Below are positions 30,124 to 39,140 of a stretch of 47,532 nucleotides of DNA, piece after piece. The notes beneath the pieces are model-generated. The model saw only the letters and a list, made by a program, of their open reading frames with translations, had not been told where the DNA came from and did not search any database. The DNA comes from Candidatus Nanohalalkaliarchaeum halalkaliphilum (GTDB lineage: Archaea; Nanohalarchaeota; Nanosalinia; Nanosalinales; Nanohalalkaliarchaeaceae): assembly GCA_022729315.1 (NCBI GenBank), contig JALDAF010000002.1:1-47532 (forward strand). Reading direction: 5' to 3'. The position numbers and the translations under genes were made by a program. Numbering within the stretch: the first letter of the stretch is position 1; every line of letters starts with the position of its first letter.

Positions 30124-31638
30124 TTATTCCACTGGCTCTCCCAGTTCGGAAAGTGCTGTCCCGGAATACAGGTACTCCTGGATCGTCTCTTCAAGCTCCG
30201 CCATCCGGACACGGACCTGTTCCGTCGTGTCCCTGTCCCGGATCGTGACAGTATCATCCTCCAGCGTGTCAAAGTCCACGGTGACGCACAGCGCTGTACC
30301 TTTCGCATCGTTCCGCGCGTACCGTTTCCCGATCGATCCGGAATCATCATACTCGACGTCGAACCGGTGCCGGTGCAGCCGCTGGTACAGGTTGCGGGCC
30401 ACGTCAGGGAGGTCGTCCTTCGTCATCAATGGGAACACAGCCACATCCAGCGGCGCGATATGATTCGGGATCTCCAGCCGATCCTCCTCCGGGTTGTAGA
30501 ACATGTCAAGCACGGCGAACGTCGGCCGATCCGTACCAAACGCGATCTCAAGGATGTGCGGCATCACTTCATTCCCCTGGTTATCCTTGAACGTCAAGTC
30601 CTCCGGCGAATGCTCAGAGTGCTGGGACAGGTCGTAGTCACCGCGGTCGTGAACACCGCAGCACTCCACCCAGCCGAAACTGTTCAACTCGATCTCCAGA
30701 TCCCAGGCATCACGGGCGTAGTGCGCCATCTCATCCTCCTGGTGCTCCCGGTACCGGATCCGGCCCTCCGGGACACCCGCACTCGTGAACAGGTCGAACG
30801 CCACGTACAGGCACCATGCGTACGCCTGGCTGGTTACGACACCGTTTTCGACCGCTTCCTCGACCGTCATCCACTCCGGATCGGCGCCGCGTTCCTGGTA
30901 GTCTGCCGGCCACAGCGGCAATTTCTCATCCTTGATATCCTCGTACTCATCCCAGTCATGCTTCATTTCCTCGGTCACGAAGATCTGGCCTTCGGCCTGC
31001 GTGAACTCGCGGCCGCGCAGCACGTGCTGGCGCGGTGAAATCTCATTTCTGAAGGCTTTCCCGATCTGGAACACCTTGATCGGCAGCTTCTTCCGGAAGA
31101 ACCGCCAGTACCGCTTGAACGGCAGGTATGTCGTGGTCGCGGTCTCGGGCCGGTTGTACGCCTCGTTTCCACCGACCTCGGTCTGCATCATCAGATTGTA
31201 GTCGTGGATCTCCATGTCGAATGTGCCACCGCACGCCGGGCACGTGATATCCCTGTCAGCGATGAACGTGAGCAGCTCCTCATCAGACATGCCGTCCGCC
31301 ACCACATCATGGTTCTCCTCGATCAGTTTGTCCGCACGGAAACTGCCTTCGCACTGCGAACAGAGGATCATCGGATCAACGAACGTGTCAAGGTGGCCGG
31401 ACGCTTTCCAGACGGTGCGGGGCATGATGATCGGTGCCTCCACCTCGGAGAACATGTGCTGCTTGAACACGTCCCGCATCTCACCTTCCAGCTTGTTCTT
31501 CAACAATTTGCCCATCGGCCCGTACGTGTAGAACCCGGCAAGTCCGTTGTATATCTCCGGTTCCGGACCCCAGATAAACCCGTTTCGTACAAGGTGCTGA
31601 TCAAGCTCGTTGGCAAATCGCTCGCTGTCCGCAGTCAT
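30124..31638 (-). CDS. glyS: Glycine--tRNA ligase (alpha2 type)
   Basis: GFYTYGP, ASGHL..F.DP, RPETA, AFRNEISPRQ..LR.REF.QAE, SGSIGKRYAR.D; start ATG 31638 with TATA at 31664-31671. Confidence 0.95.
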   Translation of the reverse strand: MTADSERFANELDQHLVRNGFIWGPEPEIYNGLAGFYTYGPMGKLLKNKLEGEMRDVFKQHMFSEVEAPIIMPRTVWKASGHLDTFVDPMILCSQCEGSFRADKLIEENHDVVADGMSDEELLTFIADRDITCPACGGTFDMEIHDYNLMMQTEVGGNEAYNRPETATTTYLPFKRYWRFFRKKLPIKVFQIGKAFRNEISPRQHVLRGREFTQAEGQIFVTEEMKHDWDEYEDIKDEKLPLWPADYQERGADPEWMTVEEAVENGVVTSQAYAWCLYVAFDLFTSAGVPEGRIRYREHQEDEMAHYARDAWDLEIELNSFGWVECCGVHDRGDYDLSQHSEHSPEDLTFKDNQGNEVMPHILEIAFGTDRPTFAVLDMFYNPEEDRLEIPNHIAPLDVAVFPLMTKDDLPDVARNLYQRLHRHRFDVEYDDSGSIGKRYARNDAKGTALCVTVDFDTLEDDTVTIRDRDTTEQVRVRMAELEETIQEYLYSGTALSELGEPVE

Positions 31639-31729
31639 ACGTACAGAAACAGCGCGCCACAGCTTTTTAAATCCTGCAACCGGGGACCAGTTCCTTCTCC
31701 AACGTGACTTCACGGAGGTCCGGCAAGTA

Positions 31730-31737
31730 TTTTTAAA
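31730..31737 (+). promoter_or_regulatory. TATA box for the small ORF / ATP-grasp locus
   Basis: TTTTTAAA 25 nt upstream of ATG 31763, the same spacing seen for glyS and hel308. Confidence 0.55.
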
Positions 31738-31762
31738 CTTGACGGATGTATAGAGGGTAGAG

Positions 31763-31885
31763 ATGAGCACATCACTCTGCGGTGGACGCGCCAGTACCGG
31801 CGTGACGGATGCACTGAGTGATGCTGCTCTGGGGCAGTTCTGGTACTTCTCCATGTTTATGTGGCGGAACATGTGTATGCGATAA
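31763..31885 (+). CDS. 40-aa small ORF MSTSLCGGRASTGVTDALSDAALGQFWYFSMFMWRNMCMR (not in ORF track)
   Basis: Hand-translated ATG 31763 to TAA 31885; own TATA box; followed by a pyrimidine-rich tract. Confidence 0.5.
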   Translation: MSTSLCGGRASTGVTDALSDAALGQFWYFSMFMWRNMCMR

Positions 31886-32026
31886 CGTTGTTGCCTCCGT
31901 CGCCCCCCCCTGTTTCCCTTGTTGCGTTTCATTCGACCGGACCGGTGTTGCGATGGAGGCGCCAGCATAGCGTGCCAACCACATACCGGAGAGTACCCCC
32001 CCTGCCACGACGGGTGGAATCCACGA

Positions 32027-33448
32027 ATGAACACGATACAACGCTACACGAAGAAACGTGAAAACGGAACAAACGGTACAGCAGTAACGAGCGCCGATAC
32101 GAAGATCGGGTACGCTCCCGAAACCGGTGAGCCTGCAGCCTTTATACTGGGCGATATCAACGCGTTCCCGGAAGGACAGGAGTTCCTGGAAGACTGGTAC
32201 GGGACGGCAGAGCACGTGGCGGACAGCCTCATATACAATACGATGCAGCACGCGGACGGAGACACCGCGGACATCGTGGTCAACCACCATCCCGGGACGT
32301 ACAGCGACAACGGATGGAACGGGAACCCCGGGCAGTGGCTGGAGCGGGACAAGAAAACGCTGTACGCCGAGATCATGGACCATCCAGCGGTTGGAGACGT
32401 GTACGACGTCGTGGACCCGGAGCAGCACCTGTCCGTTGATGGCGGCGACATCTACGTGGACGGGACTCCGGTCGATGGCTACATCAACCTTCACGACCGC
32501 GGAGAACATCTGCTGCGTGCACTGGACTATGATACGGAAGCGATCGCGAAAGGAGCGAACCCGCCAACCGCGGTCTGGAACCGGGAACTGGAAGCATACA
32601 CAGGGAAGCACGCGCTTCTTGACACGGTGGAGGACCTTGCACAGGACGTGGAGCACGTGTACACACCGCGGTTTGAAACGGTCGAGACCGTGGAAGACGT
32701 GATCCGGTTCGGGTTCGACCTGTACGGGGACGACTGGTTAACCGAACCTCGCCGGGACGAAACCGTGATACTGAAGACGGATCCGGACGCGACCTGGGGA
32801 GATGCCGTGCTCGCGTTCGATCCAACGGAGATCGTGGATGAACTGGAGGCCCGGAAGCGGGAGAGCTACGGCGGTACACCCTACCCCGAAGAGATTGCGG
32901 AAGACGTGCTCGTGGTGCAGGCACAGCGGGAAGAGGACCGTGTCTCCGGGATGAATAACCGGCCGGACAACCACCAGCTGCTATCCTACGAGAACGATAC
33001 GTGGACGATCATGCAGCAGGATCCCGATACCGGCGATTACATCCCGGGAACCGGGATCGTGGAGGAAGCGATCGCCGGCGCCGTTGAACGGGACGGAACC
33101 ACCTACCATATCGGCACGGTAGACGGCAGGCCGTACGATCTTGTACCGTTAAGTGTGACAGACCCGGGAACAGGACGGGGAACACTCCGCGCTGTCACGG
33201 TCAGGACCGCAAACTCGGAGAACCTGAACGTGAACCGGAACGGCGATGGCCTTGACCGGTTCGGCGTCCATCCACTGAAGGATGCGTACCCAGCGTTCCT
33301 CGAGAACGAACTGGCAGAAGATGCCGGACACAGCATCCCGCTCCAGGAGATCAACGACCTGCTGGAGGATACAGCAGAACTCATCACCACCACCCGAAAC
33401 CAAACAGCATACGACGCAGAACGACACCTGGAACACGGTGATCTGTGA
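32027..33448 (+). CDS. Putative circularly permuted ATP-grasp ligase, divergent
   Basis: Motif order D...ILGDINAFPEG (N-term), K of GKHALL, VILKTDPDATWGDAV, IVEEAI, RPYDLVP, TVRTA...LNVNRNG parallels CP-ATP-grasp enzymes. Confidence 0.55.
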   Translation: MNTIQRYTKKRENGTNGTAVTSADTKIGYAPETGEPAAFILGDINAFPEGQEFLEDWYGTAEHVADSLIYNTMQHADGDTADIVVNHHPGTYSDNGWNGNPGQWLERDKKTLYAEIMDHPAVGDVYDVVDPEQHLSVDGGDIYVDGTPVDGYINLHDRGEHLLRALDYDTEAIAKGANPPTAVWNRELEAYTGKHALLDTVEDLAQDVEHVYTPRFETVETVEDVIRFGFDLYGDDWLTEPRRDETVILKTDPDATWGDAVLAFDPTEIVDELEARKRESYGGTPYPEEIAEDVLVVQAQREEDRVSGMNNRPDNHQLLSYENDTWTIMQQDPDTGDYIPGTGIVEEAIAGAVERDGTTYHIGTVDGRPYDLVPLSVTDPGTGRGTLRAVTVRTANSENLNVNRNGDGLDRFGVHPLKDAYPAFLENELAEDAGHSIPLQEINDLLEDTAELITTTRNQTAYDAERHLEHGDL

Positions 33449-34239
33449 TGCATGTGTACACGCTTGGGGACGGAGACCCGGACACCGCGATAGTCGCAGG
33501 TGTGCACGGTGACGAGGTGTGCGGTGTTGCGGCGGTCGACCGGTTCCGATCCTCCGACATCACGGTACGGAAACCGGTGAAGCTGATCGTGGCGAACGAG
33601 GAGGCACTGGAACTGGGAGAACGGTACGTGGACACCGACCTGAACCGGGCGTTCCCCGGCAACCCGGACAGCAGCCTGCACGAGGAACGGCTGGCGCACC
33701 GACTGGTTGAGGAACTCTCTGGACTCAGCGCCGTGCTGGACCTGCACTCCACACAGTCATACGATCAGCCGTTCGCGGTCGTTTCCACCCTCAACACGGC
33801 CACGGCATCGCTCATCCCGGCGACCGGCGTGGAGCACGTGGCGGATTTCAGCGCACTGGGCGGGAACAGTCTGATCGACCACTGCGACGGTGTCGTTGTG
33901 GAGTGCGGGCTCACCGGCTCCGACCAGGCAGCAGAGAACGCGTACCAGGTGATGATGAACTTCCTTGCCGCCCACGGCGTCATCGATAGACGGTTCACGA
34001 TGACAGATCCGGCACTGTACCGTATCACGGACCGTGTACCGAAAGAGGCGAACTACACGCTGGCCGTTGAAAACTTCGAACGCGTCGAGAACGGGCAGAT
34101 GTATGCCCACGGAGAGACAGGTGAACTCGTTGCAGACGAACCGTTCTACCCCGTACTGATGTCGGAGAACGGGTACAGTGACATCCTCGGGTTCCGTGCG
34201 GAGAAGATGGGAACGCTCTCGGAGGTTGCGACACGATGA
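33445..34239 (+). CDS. Succinylglutamate desuccinylase/aspartoacylase (M14) family protein
   Basis: GVHGDE..G, DLNRAFPG, LDLHST, VVVECG; GTGA overlap with upstream gene. Confidence 0.9.
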   Translation: MMHVYTLGDGDPDTAIVAGVHGDEVCGVAAVDRFRSSDITVRKPVKLIVANEEALELGERYVDTDLNRAFPGNPDSSLHEERLAHRLVEELSGLSAVLDLHSTQSYDQPFAVVSTLNTATASLIPATGVEHVADFSALGGNSLIDHCDGVVVECGLTGSDQAAENAYQVMMNFLAAHGVIDRRFTMTDPALYRITDRVPKEANYTLAVENFERVENGQMYAHGETGELVADEPFYPVLMSENGYSDILGFRAEKMGTLSEVATR

Positions 34240-34643
34240 AACATACTACGCGACGGACAAACAGCAGCCCTGCCGTTATCCGGTACAGTTCAGCGGATGG
34301 CCCCTACGATGTGGGCCGGGTTGAAGTAGCAGCGAACGGGTTCACCTATCTCCGGGAACTGTATGACATCCCAGGATTCACCCGGGAGGATTACGAACTC
34401 GTTCTGGAGCACGCTGAAGAACAGCTCTTCGATATGCTGGACGGGAACACCATCCTGACCGGGTCAGACCGTGAGAAACTCGAGGAATACGGAGTCGAAC
34501 CGGTTCACCGGCCAGCGGACTACGGTCTCGCCGAGCAGGTTGACGGGTTCTGCAGGGCTGACCATTACCGTTCCTTCAAACCCCAACCAACCGAACAGGT
34601 GGATCACGACAACGTGATCACCGTCCCCGGCAAAGAAGCCTGA
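34236..34643 (+). CDS. Hypothetical protein, possibly GNAT-like
   Basis: ATGA-coupled; VGRVEV...TYLRELYDIPGFTR...LVLEHAEE resembles GNAT motif A without the G-x-G loop. Confidence 0.55.
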   Translation: MKHTTRRTNSSPAVIRYSSADGPYDVGRVEVAANGFTYLRELYDIPGFTREDYELVLEHAEEQLFDMLDGNTILTGSDREKLEEYGVEPVHRPADYGLAEQVDGFCRADHYRSFKPQPTEQVDHDNVITVPGKEA

Positions 34644-34662
34644 GGGACAGCGGGAACTGGAT

Positions 34663-35235
34663 GTGACTGCCATGGAGGTCAACACGGTTGGACCGGGAAA
34701 ACCGGAAATTGCGGTCGTGGCATGTATCCACGGCGATGAACCATGTGGGAAGACCGCGATCGGCCGGTTCCTGTCACAGGATCCGGTACTGGACCGTTCC
34801 GTGATGTTCATCGTGGCGAACGAGAAGGCGCTGGAACATGGAGACCGGTACGTGGACACCGGCATGGAAACGTACTGTGACGGCGTGGCCGCGGAATGCG
34901 GGATACAGGGAACAGACGACGCGGCAGCGAACGCCCTCGCTATCATCGAACGGTTCCTGACCGCGTATGGTGCCATGCCCGGTACGGCCGCGTCAACGGA
35001 GCAAACCTGGTACCGTGCGATAGACGCTATCCCACAGCAGGGAAATGAACGCGCAACCATCAAGAACTTCGAGCGTGTAGATGCAGGACAGGTGTTTGCC
35101 GAAGCTCCGGACAGACAGCTCACCGCAGAAGAACCGTTCTACCCGGTTCTCATGGCCGAGGACGCTTACGACGGCATCCTCGGGTTCCGTGCTGAAAGGA
35201 TCGGAACGCAGGACTGTGAGAACCGCGAACGATAG
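34663..35235 (+). CDS. Internally deleted paralog of the M14 deacylase (probable pseudoenzyme or young pseudogene)
   Basis: Keeps IHGDE, VANE.ALE.G.RYVDT and EPFYPVLM..Y..ILGFRAE but lacks DLNR...DLH. Confidence 0.75.
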   Translation: MTAMEVNTVGPGKPEIAVVACIHGDEPCGKTAIGRFLSQDPVLDRSVMFIVANEKALEHGDRYVDTGMETYCDGVAAECGIQGTDDAAANALAIIERFLTAYGAMPGTAASTEQTWYRAIDAIPQQGNERATIKNFERVDAGQVFAEAPDRQLTAEEPFYPVLMAEDAYDGILGFRAERIGTQDCENRER

Positions 35236-35261
35236 AAACGCTAAAAAGGTACCGGGAAGAG

Positions 35262-36377
35262 ATGATGCACATGGCGCAGGACCAGGACCCAGAAGAGAAC
35301 ATTGACCCGTGGGGCTCACTGCAGATCGAGGACTACGCTGACACGATGGACCAGTTCGGGATCGATCCGATGGAAAAGACGGGGGAGAAGCTGCCGCAGC
35401 AGCACCGGTACCTGCGCCGCGGCATCGTGTACGGGCACCGGGACTTTGGCCGGGTCGTGGACGCGATCAACAATGATGGGCCGTTCGCGATGATGACCGG
35501 GTTGATGCCATCCGGCGAGTTCCACTTCGGCCACAAGCTGGTGGCGGACCAGATGATCTTCTACCAGGAGCTGGGCGCCGAACTGTTCATCGCGGTCGCG
35601 GACGTGGAGGCGTACGTGACGCGGGACATGGATACCGATGAGATGCGGGAGCTGGCTATCGACCAGTACCTGACCAACTATATAGCGCTGGGGCTTGACC
35701 CGGAAAACGTGCACTTCTACTTCCAGAGTGAGGGTTCACCGCACTACAATGCGATGAGCAAGTACTTCAGCAAACACGTGACACAGAACGAGGTGGAGGC
35801 CGTGTACGGTGACATCAGTCCGGCGAAAACGGTGAGCGCGTTGACGCAGGCCGCCGATATTTTGCAGCCGCAGTTCGCGGAGCACGGTGGGCCGAAACCG
35901 GTGGTGGTGCCGGTCGGCACGGACCAGGATCCGCATATCCGGCTGACCCGGGATATCGCGTCACGGTTCAAGGACCAGGACTTCATCAAGCCGGCGGCAA
36001 CCTACCACAAGTTCATGCGTGGACTGCAGGGTGGGAAGATGAGCAGCAGCAAACCGAACAGCTACATCGCGTTGACCGATCCCGTGGACGAGGCGCTTAC
36101 GAAGATCGACCGCGCCAAGACAGGTGGCCGCGACACACTGGAGGAACACCGCGAGAAAGGCGCAGATATCGAAGAAGACGTTGTATTTGAGCTCCTGGCG
36201 TTCCACCTGGTCGATGACGACGACCGGCTGCGTGACATCCACGACCAGTACAGCTCCGGCGAGATGCTGAGCGGCGAACTGAAACAGATCGCGAAAGATG
36301 AACTCCGGAACTTCCTGGAGCAGCACCAGGAGAAACGGGCGGATGCGAAGGACCGGGTCGATGCGTTCCTATCGTAG
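35262..36377 (+). CDS. trpS: Tryptophan--tRNA ligase
   Basis: DPWG, RRGIVYGHRD, GLMPSG.FHFGH, PVG.DQDPH.RL.RD, KMSSS. Confidence 0.96.
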   Translation: MMHMAQDQDPEENIDPWGSLQIEDYADTMDQFGIDPMEKTGEKLPQQHRYLRRGIVYGHRDFGRVVDAINNDGPFAMMTGLMPSGEFHFGHKLVADQMIFYQELGAELFIAVADVEAYVTRDMDTDEMRELAIDQYLTNYIALGLDPENVHFYFQSEGSPHYNAMSKYFSKHVTQNEVEAVYGDISPAKTVSALTQAADILQPQFAEHGGPKPVVVPVGTDQDPHIRLTRDIASRFKDQDFIKPAATYHKFMRGLQGGKMSSSKPNSYIALTDPVDEALTKIDRAKTGGRDTLEEHREKGADIEEDVVFELLAFHLVDDDDRLRDIHDQYSSGEMLSGELKQIAKDELRNFLEQHQEKRADAKDRVDAFLS

Positions 36378-36396
36378 CGGTTAAAACCGCCCACAG

Positions 36397-37413
36397 TTAA
36401 AGGCCGAGAACCTTCTCCAGTTCCCTGTCATCAATATACTGTTCCTGCCTGTTGAGATGGTCTGCAAGATGATCCAGGTCATGATGTGGACGGTCCTCCC
36501 CGCGGATAATGCGCCAGTTCACCAGATCCGGGTAGCGGCGGAGTGGTGAGGTGAGATGCGCGTACTCGGGCACGCCCAGTCCCTGATGTTCCTTGCATGA
36601 CGGCGCGTATCGTGCACGGGGCTGAGAGTTTCGTTCCCTCCCCTCATGGGTGTGGATACGGTACAGTCCTTCTCCCGCTGCAAGCAGTTCGTTCGCCCCG
36701 ATCTCGTTCGCCTTGATCATGAACTCATCGATAATCCTGTGCGACGTGCTCTGCCCCGTGGAACGGTCCGCTTCCTCCGCCAGCCGTGTGGAGAGGAACG
36801 CACCATCCTCCAGTGTGCGGATCATCTCGGCCGCGGATTCACCGGCCCATGGCGCGGTCTTCGACTGCTTCACGTAGTGGTCAGCCTCATCGTAGGAGAG
36901 TGTGCGGTCAACGTTGACGATCGACCGGTACATGTCATACCCCTCCAAATGGCCGTCCGCATCAAAGGAACATTCGATCGTGTTCGCCAGCCGCTCTTCC
37001 TGTTCCACGAACCCGATCTCGTCCACGATCTCCTGTGGCAGCATATGATCCGGTTTCCCGCCGTATATCGTGAACCCCTGCTGCTGTGCATATCGGTCAA
37101 TGATCGTGTCGTTTTCAACGTACTCCGGCACGTCCACGATATGCACGTGAGCAGTATACCCATCCAACACTCCATCACTGTAGTCGCGCTGGATGGAGAC
37201 CGCGTCATCCCGGTCACGTGCATACGCCGGATCGATCGCGTACGTTGGGATATCCCGCAGATCCCTCCGTTCCTCGGCATCGTTTCCACGGTCCTCAAGC
37301 CGGTCATAGATCTGATCTATCTCCCGTTGAAGATACTGTTCCTCCACGATACTGGAGAGCGGTGCGGTTCCGCCCGGTTCCAGTACCTCCCAGACCTCAT
37401 GGCTGACACTCAC
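36397..37413 (-). CDS. Minimal RNB-domain exoribonuclease (RNase R/II family)
   Basis: DLR...AIDP..ARDRDDA, VHIVDV, IIDEFMIKAN, H.GLG...YAH.TSPLRRY.D; no CSD or S1 domains. Confidence 0.85.
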   Translation of the reverse strand: MSVSHEVWEVLEPGGTAPLSSIVEEQYLQREIDQIYDRLEDRGNDAEERRDLRDIPTYAIDPAYARDRDDAVSIQRDYSDGVLDGYTAHVHIVDVPEYVENDTIIDRYAQQQGFTIYGGKPDHMLPQEIVDEIGFVEQEERLANTIECSFDADGHLEGYDMYRSIVNVDRTLSYDEADHYVKQSKTAPWAGESAAEMIRTLEDGAFLSTRLAEEADRSTGQSTSHRIIDEFMIKANEIGANELLAAGEGLYRIHTHEGRERNSQPRARYAPSCKEHQGLGVPEYAHLTSPLRRYPDLVNWRIIRGEDRPHHDLDHLADHLNRQEQYIDDRELEKVLGL

Positions 37414-37991
37414 GGCTCCTCCCCCGGAATATATTCATACACTTCAACATCTGTTTTCCCTGTTTTTCCGTGCTGGTAAAACGCGGCGATCTCGCCGGCC
37501 GCCTCCCAGCCGAACCGGTTCATGTACCGGTTCACAGCATCGATCCGTTCCTTTCCCTTCTGCAGTGCTTCCTCACGGATCACCGCCTTCTTTTCCGTAG
37601 TATCGTCCACATCCCTGACCGATTCCAGGTTCTTCCCCGTGGTCTCAACACAGTACACGGTCCGGGTCTCCCGGTCGAACCGGGCGACATCAAGTTCGAT
37701 CGCGGTCTGTTCCCGCCATCCCGCGTCCTCGTACAGGTAGAACTCGCTTACCAGCACCAGCGGGTACTGATCGTTGTCTCCCTGTAGAATCTGTTCAAAC
37801 ACGTTGACGCGCTCCTTCGTGGAGTCGAATGTTTCGTTACTGCGGTCCCAGGTATACGCTGTCCGCGTGTTCTGTTCCCGCTCCAGTATCGTCTGTAGCA
37901 CGCGGTCGTGCCGGGAACCTCCCATCGTGTACGGTACGGTGAACGTGTCTTCCGGGCCGTTCACCGCCTGTAACGTGGGGTGTTGCATCAT
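37410..37991 (-). CDS. Hypothetical protein, PD-(D/E)XK nuclease-like
   Basis: SEFYLY...IELDVARFD....VYCVETT; translationally coupled on both sides. Confidence 0.55.
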   Translation of the reverse strand: MMQHPTLQAVNGPEDTFTVPYTMGGSRHDRVLQTILEREQNTRTAYTWDRSNETFDSTKERVNVFEQILQGDNDQYPLVLVSEFYLYEDAGWREQTAIELDVARFDRETRTVYCVETTGKNLESVRDVDDTTEKKAVIREEALQKGKERIDAVNRYMNRFGWEAAGEIAAFYQHGKTGKTDVEVYEYIPGEEP

Positions 37992-38950
37992 CAGTCCGCC
38001 ACCACCATCAGTTCCTCTTGTTCCCGTTCAATTTCACTTATCAGCTGTTCTGCCTCCTCCTGGAGGTTGTAGTATTTCTGTGGGAGGACAAACCGCTGCT
38101 CGATATCCGGTACCTGATGATCTGTTTCTTTTTCCGTGAACCCGCCGTCCTCCAGTGAGAACCGCTGGTATTCAAACAGTTCCGCTTCCGGATCGTCCGC
38201 ATCAAGATCGATATGGTACAGTTCAACATCCTCCCCCATCCGGAGCACCTGAAGGCTGCGATCCGGCATCCCGTCCCGGGCATGGTAGTTCTTGAACCGG
38301 CTTCCGACCCCGATAACCAGCGAGTTCCGGAGTACACGTGCATACGGTGTATGAGTGTGCCCGTACAGCAATATCTGCGGATCATCCAGTTCATGGTGGT
38401 CTCCCCAGACCTCGGCCTGCCGGGGTGTCGTATACCAGTCCACGTTCAGGTCCTTCGGATCATGCTTCATCCGGATCGGTACGGACTGTCCGCCCACGTT
38501 TCCATAACTTGTTATCTCCTTTCCGTATGCCACGCGGCCTGACCTGTCCAGATCGTGCAGCAGGTCGCTGTCCCTGTCCGTTGCACCGTTATACCACCCG
38601 GTCCGTCCATCCCCGGACTGTTCCACGTCCCCGTCACCGATAGCGATACTTACCTGTTCGAACCCGTACGGCAGAAACGCATCCTCGTGTTCGTCCTCAA
38701 CAAGCCACGCCTTCACATCCTCCACCTCCCCGATGTCACCGCCCAGCCAGACCTCATCGGCATCGTACCGGTCAGCATACCAGGACAGGCTGTTCCGGAT
38801 CGTCTCCCGCAGAGACTCTCGGCGCTTATCCTCCTCCTCACCGGGATGGAGGTCCGATGCAAGCACGATCGTCCGGTAGGCGTCGTCCGTCATCCGTGGG
38901 GAAACATACGTCTGGGTGATAACGTCGTCATCCGGAGCAGAACGGCTCAC
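37991..38950 (-). CDS. Calcineurin-like metallophosphoesterase
   Basis: ASDLH, GGDI, GDGD (in place of GNHD), H, YGHTH; start GTG 38950 (GGAGG upstream) or ATG 38893. Confidence 0.8.
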   Translation of the reverse strand: MSRSAPDDDVITQTYVSPRMTDDAYRTIVLASDLHPGEEEDKRRESLRETIRNSLSWYADRYDADEVWLGGDIGEVEDVKAWLVEDEHEDAFLPYGFEQVSIAIGDGDVEQSGDGRTGWYNGATDRDSDLLHDLDRSGRVAYGKEITSYGNVGGQSVPIRMKHDPKDLNVDWYTTPRQAEVWGDHHELDDPQILLYGHTHTPYARVLRNSLVIGVGSRFKNYHARDGMPDRSLQVLRMGEDVELYHIDLDADDPEAELFEYQRFSLEDGGFTEKETDHQVPDIEQRFVLPQKYYNLQEEAEQLISEIEREQEELMVVAD

Positions 38951-39140
38951 CGGCAACCACCCTCCATGCAGGAGGATCGAACAGCATACCCGGGTGTGGT
39001 GGATAGTAACCTGTAGAAGAAACGGTGTTCCTGTAACGGACGTTCGTGGAATCCCCCCATTAATCGCCCTGTTTAAGGTTACGGCCAGCAACTATATAAA
39101 TGTTCGTCTGTCCGCGGGATGGATGCAGGATATCTTCGTC

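Noticed and set aside
31639..32034. N-terminal extension of GlyRS
   Set aside because: Non-acidic, no GlyRS similarity, TATA correctly spaced before 31638
38951..39091. N-terminal extension of the phosphoesterase
   Set aside because: Composition unlike the proteome; better starts at 38950 or 38893
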